This document shows, one piece after another, positions 45,923 through 55,098 of a DNA stretch of 64,000 bases. The stretch lies in NCBI GenBank assembly GCA_034003985.1, contig JAVEXP010000002.1, positions 80,789-144,788 of the forward strand, written 5' to 3'. The stretch's first letter is position 1. Every line of letters begins with the position of its first letter. The notes under the pieces were generated by a model. It saw nothing but the letters and a program-made list of their open reading frames with translations, had not been told where the DNA came from and ran no database searches. Position numbers and translations under genes: made by a program. The stretch comes from Patescibacteria group bacterium. GTDB lineage: Bacteria; Patescibacteriota; Patescibacteriia; Buchananbacterales; UBA6539.

Positions 45923-47471
45923 AATTACCTTAGAATTTATTGAACAAAATAAAAAATTTTGGCCAGCCCGGCAAAATTTTAATGGCAGCTTTTTACTCGA
46001 TTTAACCTTGGCGGATATCGAATATGTCAATGTCAGACTTGTTACCGCCAGGGCGTTCATGGATCTATATCAGGCTGAACCAATCGTTTTAATTTCCACT
46101 TCTAAAAATCAGAAGCTGATTGAATTAATCAAGAGTTATGGAATTAATAAGTTAATTTATCTAGATAGTATCAAACTCAATTATTGGACTAAGCTATTAT
46201 ATTTTGTTTTGGCAATTTTGAATTGGCTACCGCGCAAGACCAGGGCCAGTTTGTTGAAATTAAAATTTCGGGGAAACCGAATAGGCAATTTTGTTTATGA
46301 TACCTGCATTAACTCGACTGGCTGGGGGACAGTTAATCCTTGGAATACCCGTTATATTAAATTTCTTTATTATGCCTATTGTTTGTATCTTCGCTATGAG
46401 CGGATTTTTAAGCAATGTCATCCAAAATTTTATTTTGGGGTCGAACAGGCTTACATTTCTGGCGGCATTCCTTCGGCTGCAGCGATCGCTAATCAATTAG
46501 GTGTATTCTATGCCAAACTTGGCCCTAATCGGATTGTTTACAAAAGTTATAAGACCATTGCTGACCTGGATATTTATCCTGCTCATCCCAGCAAAGATGA
46601 TTTTGTGTATATCATGGAACAACAAAAATCACAAGCCCTTGAGTGGGCCAATAAGTATCTTGGAAATTTATTTTCCGGCAATGTCAATCCGGCTGATTGG
46701 AATGCCATTAATGCTTTTGGCAAAGCCAAATTGCTTGATCAAGAATTGTATAATAAATTATTTAAATCAGGGTACAAATATCGGGTTTTCATTTTCCCAC
46801 ATGTTACAGTTGATGCCCCTCATGGCTATGTCAACGGGATTTTTAACGATTATGAAGAATGGCTGGTTGAAACTTTAAAAATCGCTTCCCGCCGTCAGGA
46901 TGTTTTGTGGATTTTAAAACCGCACCCCAGTGAAAAGGCTTACCATGTCGAGAAAAAAGTTTCCGATATTTATCATCGGCAGTTTGCCCAATATAAAAAT
47001 ATAATTTTGTACCCGGAGAATACCTCAACCGCCAACTTGGTAAACGAAATCGACGCGATTGTCACTGTTCGGGGTACGGCAATCGGGGAATACAGTTCAA
47101 TGGGAATACCGGTTATTACCGCCGGTCAGAATATGTTTGAGCATGGCAATTTCACCATTTTGCCAAAAGATCGTCAGGATTATGAGCGAGTTTTGATGGC
47201 TACCGAATTTCAGAAACTGTCAGCCGAAAAGATCGATTGCGCCCGAATTAGTTTATACCTTTATTTGCAGTTTAATTCTACTCCAATGCCTTTATTTTCT
47301 GACATTATTTTTGATACTTCCAAGCCGGCTGGTGATCAAATTTATAGTCATTTGTTGAATAAATTAAGAGAAACTAAGGTGGAAGATCTTTGGTCTCAGG
47401 AATTTAAAAACTATCTTAACAATAAATTCTATGATGGATGGAATCAAAAAGATAATCCCGCCGCTGATTAA
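45915..47471 (+). CDS. Capsule_synth (KpsC/KpsS/LipA-like, beta-ulosonate transferase family) protein
   Basis: 518 aa; conserved ILKPHPSEK motif (KxHPxE signature of the KpsC/KpsS family) and preceding VFIFPHVTVDAPHG. Confidence 0.55.
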   Translation: MDKITLEFIEQNKKFWPARQNFNGSFLLDLTLADIEYVNVRLVTARAFMDLYQAEPIVLISTSKNQKLIELIKSYGINKLIYLDSIKLNYWTKLLYFVLAILNWLPRKTRASLLKLKFRGNRIGNFVYDTCINSTGWGTVNPWNTRYIKFLYYAYCLYLRYERIFKQCHPKFYFGVEQAYISGGIPSAAAIANQLGVFYAKLGPNRIVYKSYKTIADLDIYPAHPSKDDFVYIMEQQKSQALEWANKYLGNLFSGNVNPADWNAINAFGKAKLLDQELYNKLFKSGYKYRVFIFPHVTVDAPHGYVNGIFNDYEEWLVETLKIASRRQDVLWILKPHPSEKAYHVEKKVSDIYHRQFAQYKNIILYPENTSTANLVNEIDAIVTVRGTAIGEYSSMGIPVITAGQNMFEHGNFTILPKDRQDYERVLMATEFQKLSAEKIDCARISLYLYLQFNSTPMPLFSDIIFDTSKPAGDQIYSHLLNKLRETKVEDLWSQEFKNYLNNKFYDGWNQKDNPAAD

Positions 47472-48231
47472 GAAAATCATTAAACAGCAAATTTTTTTAA
47501 TCAGCAAATTTTTTATTGTTATTAAACTGGTCATCAGAAATCCTAAAAATTATTTTAACCTCACCAAAGAGGAAAAGAGATTATTCGCTGAGCCGTGGTA
47601 CAATGATTTTTCTGACTTAGGGATCAAGACCCAGCAACAAGATAAAAAAGACAAACTTAACCAGAATTGTAAACAAAAGATCATTTTTGGTTTGATTGGC
47701 CAGGCTTTGGACATTGCTGGAAAAGATTCTTTTGGTTTGGACCTTTTTTGTGCCAATGGTTTTTATGCCAATTATTCAGTCCGGCAGGGAGCAGTAAGAA
47801 TTGACGCTTTAGACCTTAATGAATATGAAATTAGCAAGGCTAAATTGATTACCAAGCTTTTGGGGAATTCCGAAAAAATTAATTTTTTGGTCAAAGATGT
47901 TTTTGAAAGCGCTGGCCCTTATGATTTTGCGATTTGCACCGGCGGACTTTATCATATTTCTAACCCCGATAGACTTTTGGTGGATCTTCGGCAGAAAGTG
48001 AAGAAAGCACTGATTATCCAGACAGTCTATTCCTTGGCTAACGAGGATAAAAATTATTTTGAAACCCCGGCTCCTGGCTGGACTTGGGGCTGTCGTTTTA
48101 GCCATAAATTTTTACTAAATATGGTCGAGTCAGCCGGATGGAATATTATCCATTCCGAAGTGAATGTGCTTCGCGGTAATCACAAACCGCAAAGCCAAGG
48201 CTCAGCCTATTTGTTGTGTGTTCCTAAGTAG
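47431..48231 (+). CDS. Putative SAM-dependent methyltransferase
   Basis: GLDLFCANGFYANYSV (motif I-like) ... FAICTGGLYHISNPDRLL; 266 aa; N-terminal boundary uncertain (41-nt overlap with upstream gene). Confidence 0.5.
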   Translation: MMDGIKKIIPPLIKKIIKQQIFLISKFFIVIKLVIRNPKNYFNLTKEEKRLFAEPWYNDFSDLGIKTQQQDKKDKLNQNCKQKIIFGLIGQALDIAGKDSFGLDLFCANGFYANYSVRQGAVRIDALDLNEYEISKAKLITKLLGNSEKINFLVKDVFESAGPYDFAICTGGLYHISNPDRLLVDLRQKVKKALIIQTVYSLANEDKNYFETPAPGWTWGCRFSHKFLLNMVESAGWNIIHSEVNVLRGNHKPQSQGSAYLLCVPK

Positions 48232-48233
48232 TT

Positions 48234-49019
48234 ATGAAACCAGTTGTCATCGCCGTACCATACTATAAAAATGAATTAAGCCCTGACGAGCAAATATCTT
48301 TGAATCATTTGGAAAAATATCTTGGGCGCTATGATATTTTTTTGGTTGCTCCCGATGGCTTGCAAATTAATTTGGAAAAATATCCGACCAAAAGATTTCC
48401 GGCTAAATATTTTAAAAGTACTAAATCTTATTCCAAATTATTGCTGTTGGAAAGATTCTATAAGCAGTTTAGCGATTACGAATATCTTTTGATTTACCAG
48501 CTTGATTGCTTGGTTTTTTCCGATCAATTGTTGGACTGGTGCCAGCGCGGTGATGATTATATCGGCGCTCCTTGGTTCAAGAGTCAGATGATTAAGCGGT
48601 ATGATTATCCCGATGCCTGCGGCAATGGCGGTTTTTCTTTACGCCGAATTGATAAGGCAATTGAGGTAATTGAAAAAAGCAAATTGCCGTTTTGGAAAAT
48701 TATCAGCCAAAGCTTTCAAACTATTGCCGAAATTCCGTCCTTAAATCCCAAATCAATTTTAAAAGCTATAAAATTGGCATGGAGTAAGTCTGCCGCCTGG
48801 CGAACATTATTAAACGAGGACCGTTATTGGTCTTTTGAAGCCCAAAAAATAGTTGCTGATTTCAAAATTCCGGATGTCGATACTGCTTTGCGGTTTGCTT
48901 TTGAAATCGGCCCTCGGTATTGTTTTGAACGCAATCATCGTCAGCTACCGTTTGGTTGTCACGGCTGGATGAAATATGATCGCAATTTTTGGCTGCCTTA
49001 TATAATAAAAAATAATTAA
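48234..49019 (+). CDS. Hypothetical protein
   Basis: 261-aa in-operon ORF; no confident motif. Confidence 0.45.
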   Translation: MKPVVIAVPYYKNELSPDEQISLNHLEKYLGRYDIFLVAPDGLQINLEKYPTKRFPAKYFKSTKSYSKLLLLERFYKQFSDYEYLLIYQLDCLVFSDQLLDWCQRGDDYIGAPWFKSQMIKRYDYPDACGNGGFSLRRIDKAIEVIEKSKLPFWKIISQSFQTIAEIPSLNPKSILKAIKLAWSKSAAWRTLLNEDRYWSFEAQKIVADFKIPDVDTALRFAFEIGPRYCFERNHRQLPFGCHGWMKYDRNFWLPYIIKNN

Positions 49020-49029
49020 CTTAATAATT

Positions 49030-50085
49030 ATGAAAGACAAACAAGCGTTAATTACCGGATCGGGAGGGTTAATTGGTTCAGAGTCAACTAAATTTTTTAT
49101 CAGTCAAGGCTACAAAGTGGTTGGAGTTGATAATGACATGAGAGCTTATTTTTTTGGTTCTGAAGCTTCAACCAAAACTAAAGTGCAGGAATTGCAGAAT
49201 AATTATCCCAATGACTATCAGCATTTCCAGATTGACATTAGAGAGTATAATCAATTGGAAAAAGTTTTTAAAGATAACAATTTTAACATTATTATTCATA
49301 CCGCCGCTCAGCCCAGCCATGATTGGGCGGCCAAAGAACCCTTGACTGATTTTGGTGTTAATGCTTTAGGAACTCTTAATATGTTGGAGCTTGCCCGGCA
49401 GTACTGTTCAGAGGCGACTTTTATTTTTACTTCCACCAATAAAGTCTATGGCGATACCCCCAATTATTTGCCTTTGGTTGAATTGGAAAAGCGTTATGAA
49501 ATCGCTAAGGACCATAAATATTACCGGGGAATAGATGAGACGATGTCAATTGATCAAAGCAAGCATAGTATTTTTGGCGCTTCCAAAGTGGCCGCTGATG
49601 TAATGGTTCAGGAATATGGCCGCTATTTTAATATGCCCACCGCCGTTTTCCGTGGCGGTTGCTTGACTGGGCCGGCTCATAGCGCCGCCGAATTGCACGG
49701 TTTTTTGGCTTACTTGATCAAGTGTATCGCCAGCGGCAAAGAATACACTATTTTTGGCTACAAGGGTAAGCAGGTTAGGGACAATATTCATTCTTACGAT
49801 TTGGTTAATATGTTTTGGCATTTTCACCAGAAACCTCGTCCCGGTGAAGTTTATAATGCCGGCGGGTCTCGCCATTCCAATGTTTCAATGCTTGAAGCGA
49901 TCGAAAAAATTGAAACCGCTTTGGGTCGCAAGGCCAACTATGCTTATTCGGAACAAAACCGGATTGGCGATCATATTTGGTATATTTCCGATGTCTTTAA
50001 ATTTCAGCAGCATTACCCTGATTGGCAATATAAATATGACATCAACGCGATTATTGATGAAATGTGTCGGGCCGTCAGGAACTAG
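49030..50085 (+). CDS. NAD-dependent epimerase/dehydratase (extended SDR, CDP-paratose-2-epimerase-like)
   Basis: [14 protein letters not shown] Rossmann motif, catalytic YGASK (YxxxK), 351 aa. Confidence 0.7.
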   Translation: MKDKQALITGSGGLIGSESTKFFISQGYKVVGVDNDMRAYFFGSEASTKTKVQELQNNYPNDYQHFQIDIREYNQLEKVFKDNNFNIIIHTAAQPSHDWAAKEPLTDFGVNALGTLNMLELARQYCSEATFIFTSTNKVYGDTPNYLPLVELEKRYEIAKDHKYYRGIDETMSIDQSKHSIFGASKVAADVMVQEYGRYFNMPTAVFRGGCLTGPAHSAAELHGFLAYLIKCIASGKEYTIFGYKGKQVRDNIHSYDLVNMFWHFHQKPRPGEVYNAGGSRHSNVSMLEAIEKIETALGRKANYAYSEQNRIGDHIWYISDVFKFQQHYPDWQYKYDINAIIDEMCRAVRN

Positions 50086-51113
50086 TTTTTAGCCGAGAAG
50101 ATTTCCTGGTAGGATTGGAGGTGGCTTTGGTACGAGAAGTTTTGTTTAATAGTTGAGAGGGAATTAGCGCTGATAGTTTGAGCTAGTTTTCGATCTCGGA
50201 TGATTTCAGTGATTTCCTTGATCCAATCTTGAGTATCGGCGGCCAGAAAACCATTCTGGCCGTTTTTAATAAAGTGTTTGGCTTCCCCGACATTACTGAC
50301 AATTGTTGGAATGCCATGCTGCATATATTCATAGGTCTTTAAGGGACATTTTCCTTCTTCCCATTGGCTTTGGATCAAGGGGGTTAGGGCAACATCGAAT
50401 CTGACCAACTGGTCGCCAACTTCTTCAGGCTTTAGCCAGTCGATTATTTCTTTTTTTAATCCGGGAATATTAAATAGTTCATAAACCGGCCTATGGCCTT
50501 TGGCACCAATTAGAATTAATTTAAAATCAATGTTTTGGGTAAGCAATCCCTCGATTACCGGTTTGATGATTTCGAGATTGCGGAAGTGAATCTTGCCGTC
50601 GCCGATCCAGCCGATATTGTAAATTGGTTTTTCTTCAAAATCATTTTTGATTGCCTCGGTGTTTTCGGTATCCACTAGCATTGGAATAATTTTGGTATTT
50701 TTATTTATTTTGACGGCATAGTCGTAAAGAAAATGTCCGCCCACCACCACTGATGTCGCCAGTTTGGTCAAGATATAAGTTTTGACGGGGGAGTGCAGGA
50801 AGATAGGGTCGTCAAAATCAAAAATGTATTTTTTTCTTAAAATAAGGCGAAAAAATATAACGATTATTATAAAGTCCAACTGGTAGACGGGCCGATGGAG
50901 GTATAGGGTGTCTTCTTTTTTTAGGCCGCTTAAAATTTTGATATTTTGAATTGCTTCTTTGAATCTTTCAATTGATAAATTCCACCAGGGCCGATGGGTC
51001 GGTACGAAAATTTTTGATTGATAGCCAAAATTTTCAAGATATTTGGCTAAATAAAAAATCCGCCGGCGCGAGCTGGGGACATCTTCGGATCCTTTGGTAA
51101 AAAAATAGATCAT
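50082..51113 (-). CDS. Glycosyltransferase (GT-B, GT1/GT4-like)
   Basis: 343 aa; two-domain GT-B-like layout with C-terminal [26 protein letters not shown]. Confidence 0.5.
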   Translation of the reverse strand: MIYFFTKGSEDVPSSRRRIFYLAKYLENFGYQSKIFVPTHRPWWNLSIERFKEAIQNIKILSGLKKEDTLYLHRPVYQLDFIIIVIFFRLILRKKYIFDFDDPIFLHSPVKTYILTKLATSVVVGGHFLYDYAVKINKNTKIIPMLVDTENTEAIKNDFEEKPIYNIGWIGDGKIHFRNLEIIKPVIEGLLTQNIDFKLILIGAKGHRPVYELFNIPGLKKEIIDWLKPEEVGDQLVRFDVALTPLIQSQWEEGKCPLKTYEYMQHGIPTIVSNVGEAKHFIKNGQNGFLAADTQDWIKEITEIIRDRKLAQTISANSLSTIKQNFSYQSHLQSYQEIFSAKN

Positions 51114-51129
51114 TTTTTAATTGATTTTT

Positions 51130-52521
51130 TTAACATCCCTTTCGGGCCAAGACGATTTTAATGGTTTTTAAGATAATGCTAATATCAAGAGCCAGTGACC
51201 GGTTTTTAATGTAATACAAATCATACTGTAATTTTTCTAGACTTTCTTCTTTGCTGCCGCCATAAGCCGGACCGACCACTTGGGCCCAGCCGGTCAATCC
51301 TGGTTTGGTTAATAATCTTTCTTTGTAAAACGGAATTTCTTGTTGAAGCTGTTCAATAAATTCCGGCCGTTCCGGTCGTGGTCCGATGAGACTCATCTCT
51401 CCGCGCAAAACATTAATCAACTGAGGGATCTCGTCAATTCTGGTTTGGCGCAAAAACTTCCCCAATCTGGTAACTCGGGGGTCGTTTTTAACCGCCCATT
51501 GGGCGCCGTTAACTTCGGCGTTTTGCACCATAGTTCGGAATTTAATTGCCAAAAAATTCTTGCCCAATTTTCCAGTCCGAATTTGAGTAAAAAAGATTGG
51601 GCCGCGGCTATCGATTTTTATGGCTAAAATGATTAATGGTATAAATGGCAAACTCAGTAGCAGCATAATAATTGATAGACCAATATCACTTATTTGTTTG
51701 AAATATTCATACGATTTTTTATTACCCTCGCTTAAATTTTCTAACAGCCAAATTTGCTCAATGGTGTTAACCGGAATTTTGCCCATAATTTTTTCGTAGA
51801 AACTGGCAATCTCAAAAAAATTAATTTTTAAAGGCAGACATTCAAATAGGCTTTGGGAAAGCAGATTGTCCCCGCGGGGATTGGTGATTGAAACAATGAT
51901 GTCAACTTTTTTTTGTTCACAAATATTTTTTAATTCGCCAATTTGCCGATTGATGATCAGTGGTTGAAATTTCTGTGGTATTTCTTCATTTGGTTCGCTT
52001 AAAATAGCGACCAGTTGCAGTCCTAAGTGAGGATTTTTGTCGATTTTATCAATTATTTCTTTAGCCAAGCTGTTGAAGCCGATGATTATTACCCGATTGG
52101 CAATCTTGGAAGATTTGGTCAGGCCTAAAAAAACCAAATGCCAAAGATATATTAAAATTGAAGCTAAGATGATATTAATCGCTAATACCGTCTGGGGTTT
52201 GATGGTGAACAATCGGTTTTGGCCTAGATAGAAAAAGACTATCGATAGACCCGAGCCGATTGCCATTGTTCTTAGCAGCTTAACCAGCAATCCGAGCTTA
52301 CCCTGGGTGAAGTTTAGTTCATAGATGTCATCAATATAAGAAATAATCAGCCAGATTAAAAATACGACCGTAAAAGGCACTAGGTGTTGTGACCATAAGT
52401 TGGTTGTAAAGTCTTGGCCATAACGGATAATCAGGGTTAGATATAAAGAAAAATAGAGGATTATAATATCCCCGGCAATCAGCAAATATTTCTTTGTTCC
52501 AAAAAGCGAGTTTTTTGCCAT
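51130..52521 (-). CDS. Polyprenyl-phosphate hexose-1-phosphate transferase (WbaP/WcaJ-type priming phosphoglycosyltransferase)
   Basis: N-terminal 4-5 TM + central domain, C-terminal bacterial sugar-transferase domain IFFTQIRTGKLGKNFLAIKFRTM...DEIPQLINVLRGEMSLIGPRPERPEF. Confidence 0.85.
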   Translation of the reverse strand: MAKNSLFGTKKYLLIAGDIIILYFSLYLTLIIRYGQDFTTNLWSQHLVPFTVVFLIWLIISYIDDIYELNFTQGKLGLLVKLLRTMAIGSGLSIVFFYLGQNRLFTIKPQTVLAINIILASILIYLWHLVFLGLTKSSKIANRVIIIGFNSLAKEIIDKIDKNPHLGLQLVAILSEPNEEIPQKFQPLIINRQIGELKNICEQKKVDIIVSITNPRGDNLLSQSLFECLPLKINFFEIASFYEKIMGKIPVNTIEQIWLLENLSEGNKKSYEYFKQISDIGLSIIMLLLSLPFIPLIILAIKIDSRGPIFFTQIRTGKLGKNFLAIKFRTMVQNAEVNGAQWAVKNDPRVTRLGKFLRQTRIDEIPQLINVLRGEMSLIGPRPERPEFIEQLQQEIPFYKERLLTKPGLTGWAQVVGPAYGGSKEESLEKLQYDLYYIKNRSLALDISIILKTIKIVLARKGC

Positions 52522-52602
52522 AATTTTTAGAAAAATTATAGCTAGATTATAGTAAATTTTACAGAATTAGTCAATTTGACGGTTGCCTGATTATTTGGGC
52601 TT

Positions 52603-52611
52603 TGCTATAAT
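52603..52611 (+). promoter_or_regulatory. Possible extended -10 promoter element for the O-antigen-ligase-like gene
   Basis: TGcTATAAT ~33 nt upstream of ATG 52644 in the divergent intergenic region; no good -35. Confidence 0.3.
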
Positions 52612-52643
52612 TAATTTGCTTTATAATAACATTTTTTTAACTT

Positions 52644-55097
52644 ATGGAAGCCAGGCTATCCAATTATCTCCTTAAATTTTTGAAAATTGGGGTATTTGTG
52701 ACTCTATTTTTACCCTTAGTGATGAACAGCCATTTTTTCTTTCCCTTTATTGTTTTTAAAAATGTTTTATTCCATATTGCTGTTGAAGTGATGTTTGTGG
52801 CCTATTTATTTTTGGCCAGCATTAACCCTCGTTTTCGTCCCAGATTAGACAAACTCACCATTGCATTGGTGGCTTTTTTTGTCATTTATGTTATGGCGGG
52901 AATATTTGGTATTGGGATTTACAGTAGCTTCTGGGGTAATTACGAAAGAATGTCGGGAATTTTTCACATGTTTCACTTGGTCTTGTATTTTTTGGTGGTG
53001 GCCAATGTTTTTAAAGTCAAAGAAGATTGGCATGCCTTTTTTACTTTTTCAATTTTTGCCAGTTTGCTGATGAGTTTTTTGGGTCTGGCCCAATGGTTGA
53101 AAATTCCTTTTTTGCTGGAATCTTCCGGCGGCAGCCGGTTATCCGGAACAGTTGGTAATGCCACTTTTTTGGCCGCTTATCTGATTTTTAATTTATTTTT
53201 TATTTTATATTTTTGGGCCAAAGAGGAAAGATTCAATTTGAAGCTTTTCGCCGTCAGTTTTTTAAGTTTTGACATTTTTTTGGTTCTGAGTTCAATTTTA
53301 AACAAGCTATTTATTACCAGCGATTGGGGACTTTTAAATATTTTTAAAATTCCAATTTTGATTGAAGGTTTTGATTACCCTAAAATTTGGGTGGCTTATT
53401 TGGTATTTCAGGCTTTAATTCTGGCGGTTTGGCTGCTGCGAACCAAGATCAACGCCGTTCGAGTGTTGTTGTCGGCCATTCTGTTGTTGGATTTTTTCAT
53501 TTTTTTCAATACCCAGACCCGCGGCGCAATCATTGGTTTTGTTTTAGGGGTTGGATTTTTGGCCGTTGCCGGATTGGTCTTTAGCCGCGACAAAAAAATT
53601 AAAGCCGCTGTTGCCGGATTTTTATTATTGGCGGTGATTTCACCCTTTATTCTATTGGCCGCCAAAGATACCAGTTTTATCCAAAACAACGGCACTTTAA
53701 GCCGACTGGCCAATATTTCCAAATCGGATTTGACTACCGAGTCGCGCTTGTTGACCTGGCAGGCCAGTTGGCGAGGTTGGTCGGAAAACTCCAAATCTTT
53801 TTTGATTGGTTATGGTCCGGAAAATTATTACTATGCTTTTAACAAGTATTTCCCGACGGCTATTTACAAAGATGCCGGTTCACGGATTTGGTTTGATCGG
53901 GCCCATAATATTATTTTTGATATTGGAGTTACCACTGGCATTATCGGTTTGGTGAGCTATCTGAGCATTTTGGCTTTGGCCGCTTATTATCTGGTTGCCG
54001 CGTACCGTCAAGTTAAGGAAATTAGTTCCAGCTGGTTATTTGTCGGCTTGCTGATTGCCTATTTCATTCAGAATTTTTTTGTTTTTGATACGATTAATAC
54101 CGAGATCCCGTTCTTTTTGTTTTTAGGTTTTATTGTTTTTCAATATTTTGAGGCGTACTCATCTCAAAATTCGTCTGCCACGAATTATCGGGAGATAAAT
54201 TATATTTATCTTGCCACTTTGGCGGTGGTTTTATTGTTTGGCGTTTTGGCTGTCAATGTTCGGGTGCTTAAATCCAATAATTACATTTTTAAAGCCTTGA
54301 CTGGCAACGGCGATGTCCAAATCGCTTTTGATTATTTCAAACAGGCCATTGATCAATCTCTGACCGGTCGGTTTGAGGCTCGGCAACAAATCGCTGATTT
54401 TGCCAATCGGCTGTTGACCAACCAGAGCGTTAATAATAACAAAAAATCAGAGATTATTAGTTTTGCCGGTTTGGAACTGAAAAAAAGCATTGACGAAGAA
54501 CCACTGAATGTTCGCCATTACATTTTTTTGGCCAATTTTCGGAATTCCACGGCCGCGGCTAATATTCAAGCGGTTCAAGAGGCAGCTGATTTAATGTCTC
54601 AAGCCATTGAATTAAGTCCCAATAGACCTCATGTCTATTCCGAGTTGGCCAAGGCTGAAGTTTTGCTCGGTAATTTTGAAGCAGGGGAGAAGTGGTTTAA
54701 ACAGTCCGCCGCGCTGGCACCTTGGGTAATTGATGTTCACTGGAATTTGTTGACCGTTTATATCATGTTTGAAAAGTATGATTTGGCTGATGAATACATG
54801 GAGTACATGAAACAGGAGCTTGACTGGCAGCCTGGCGTTCAGGACTATGGCCGGTTGGTTGATTTGTACGCCCGCGTTAAAAATTACAACCGGATGCTTG
54901 AAGCTCAACTTTTAAAGATTGAAATTGAATCAACGGCCGATAACTATGCTCAGCTGGCCGCCATTCATGCCAAGCTTGGTCAAAACGAACAAGCCCGCCA
55001 GGCTACTCAAAGGGCTGTTGAAATAAACCCAGAATTTTCCGGTCAGGCCCAACAATTTTTACAACTTCTGGATCAGGGGGAATTATTAGATAAATAA
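52644..55097 (+). CDS. O-antigen ligase family (Wzy_C) polytopic membrane protein fused to a C-terminal TPR-repeat domain (WaaL/PglL/WsaB-like)
   Basis: 817 aa; >10 TM; large loop with FDRAHNIIFDIGVTTGIIGLVSY (Wzy_C AHN...G..G motif with the conserved His); C-terminal ~250 aa of TPR-like repeats. Confidence 0.75.
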   Translation: MEARLSNYLLKFLKIGVFVTLFLPLVMNSHFFFPFIVFKNVLFHIAVEVMFVAYLFLASINPRFRPRLDKLTIALVAFFVIYVMAGIFGIGIYSSFWGNYERMSGIFHMFHLVLYFLVVANVFKVKEDWHAFFTFSIFASLLMSFLGLAQWLKIPFLLESSGGSRLSGTVGNATFLAAYLIFNLFFILYFWAKEERFNLKLFAVSFLSFDIFLVLSSILNKLFITSDWGLLNIFKIPILIEGFDYPKIWVAYLVFQALILAVWLLRTKINAVRVLLSAILLLDFFIFFNTQTRGAIIGFVLGVGFLAVAGLVFSRDKKIKAAVAGFLLLAVISPFILLAAKDTSFIQNNGTLSRLANISKSDLTTESRLLTWQASWRGWSENSKSFLIGYGPENYYYAFNKYFPTAIYKDAGSRIWFDRAHNIIFDIGVTTGIIGLVSYLSILALAAYYLVAAYRQVKEISSSWLFVGLLIAYFIQNFFVFDTINTEIPFFLFLGFIVFQYFEAYSSQNSSATNYREINYIYLATLAVVLLFGVLAVNVRVLKSNNYIFKALTGNGDVQIAFDYFKQAIDQSLTGRFEARQQIADFANRLLTNQSVNNNKKSEIISFAGLELKKSIDEEPLNVRHYIFLANFRNSTAAANIQAVQEAADLMSQAIELSPNRPHVYSELAKAEVLLGNFEAGEKWFKQSAALAPWVIDVHWNLLTVYIMFEKYDLADEYMEYMKQELDWQPGVQDYGRLVDLYARVKNYNRMLEAQLLKIEIESTADNYAQLAAIHAKLGQNEQARQATQRAVEINPEFSGQAQQFLQLLDQGELLDK

Positions 55098-55098
55098 T

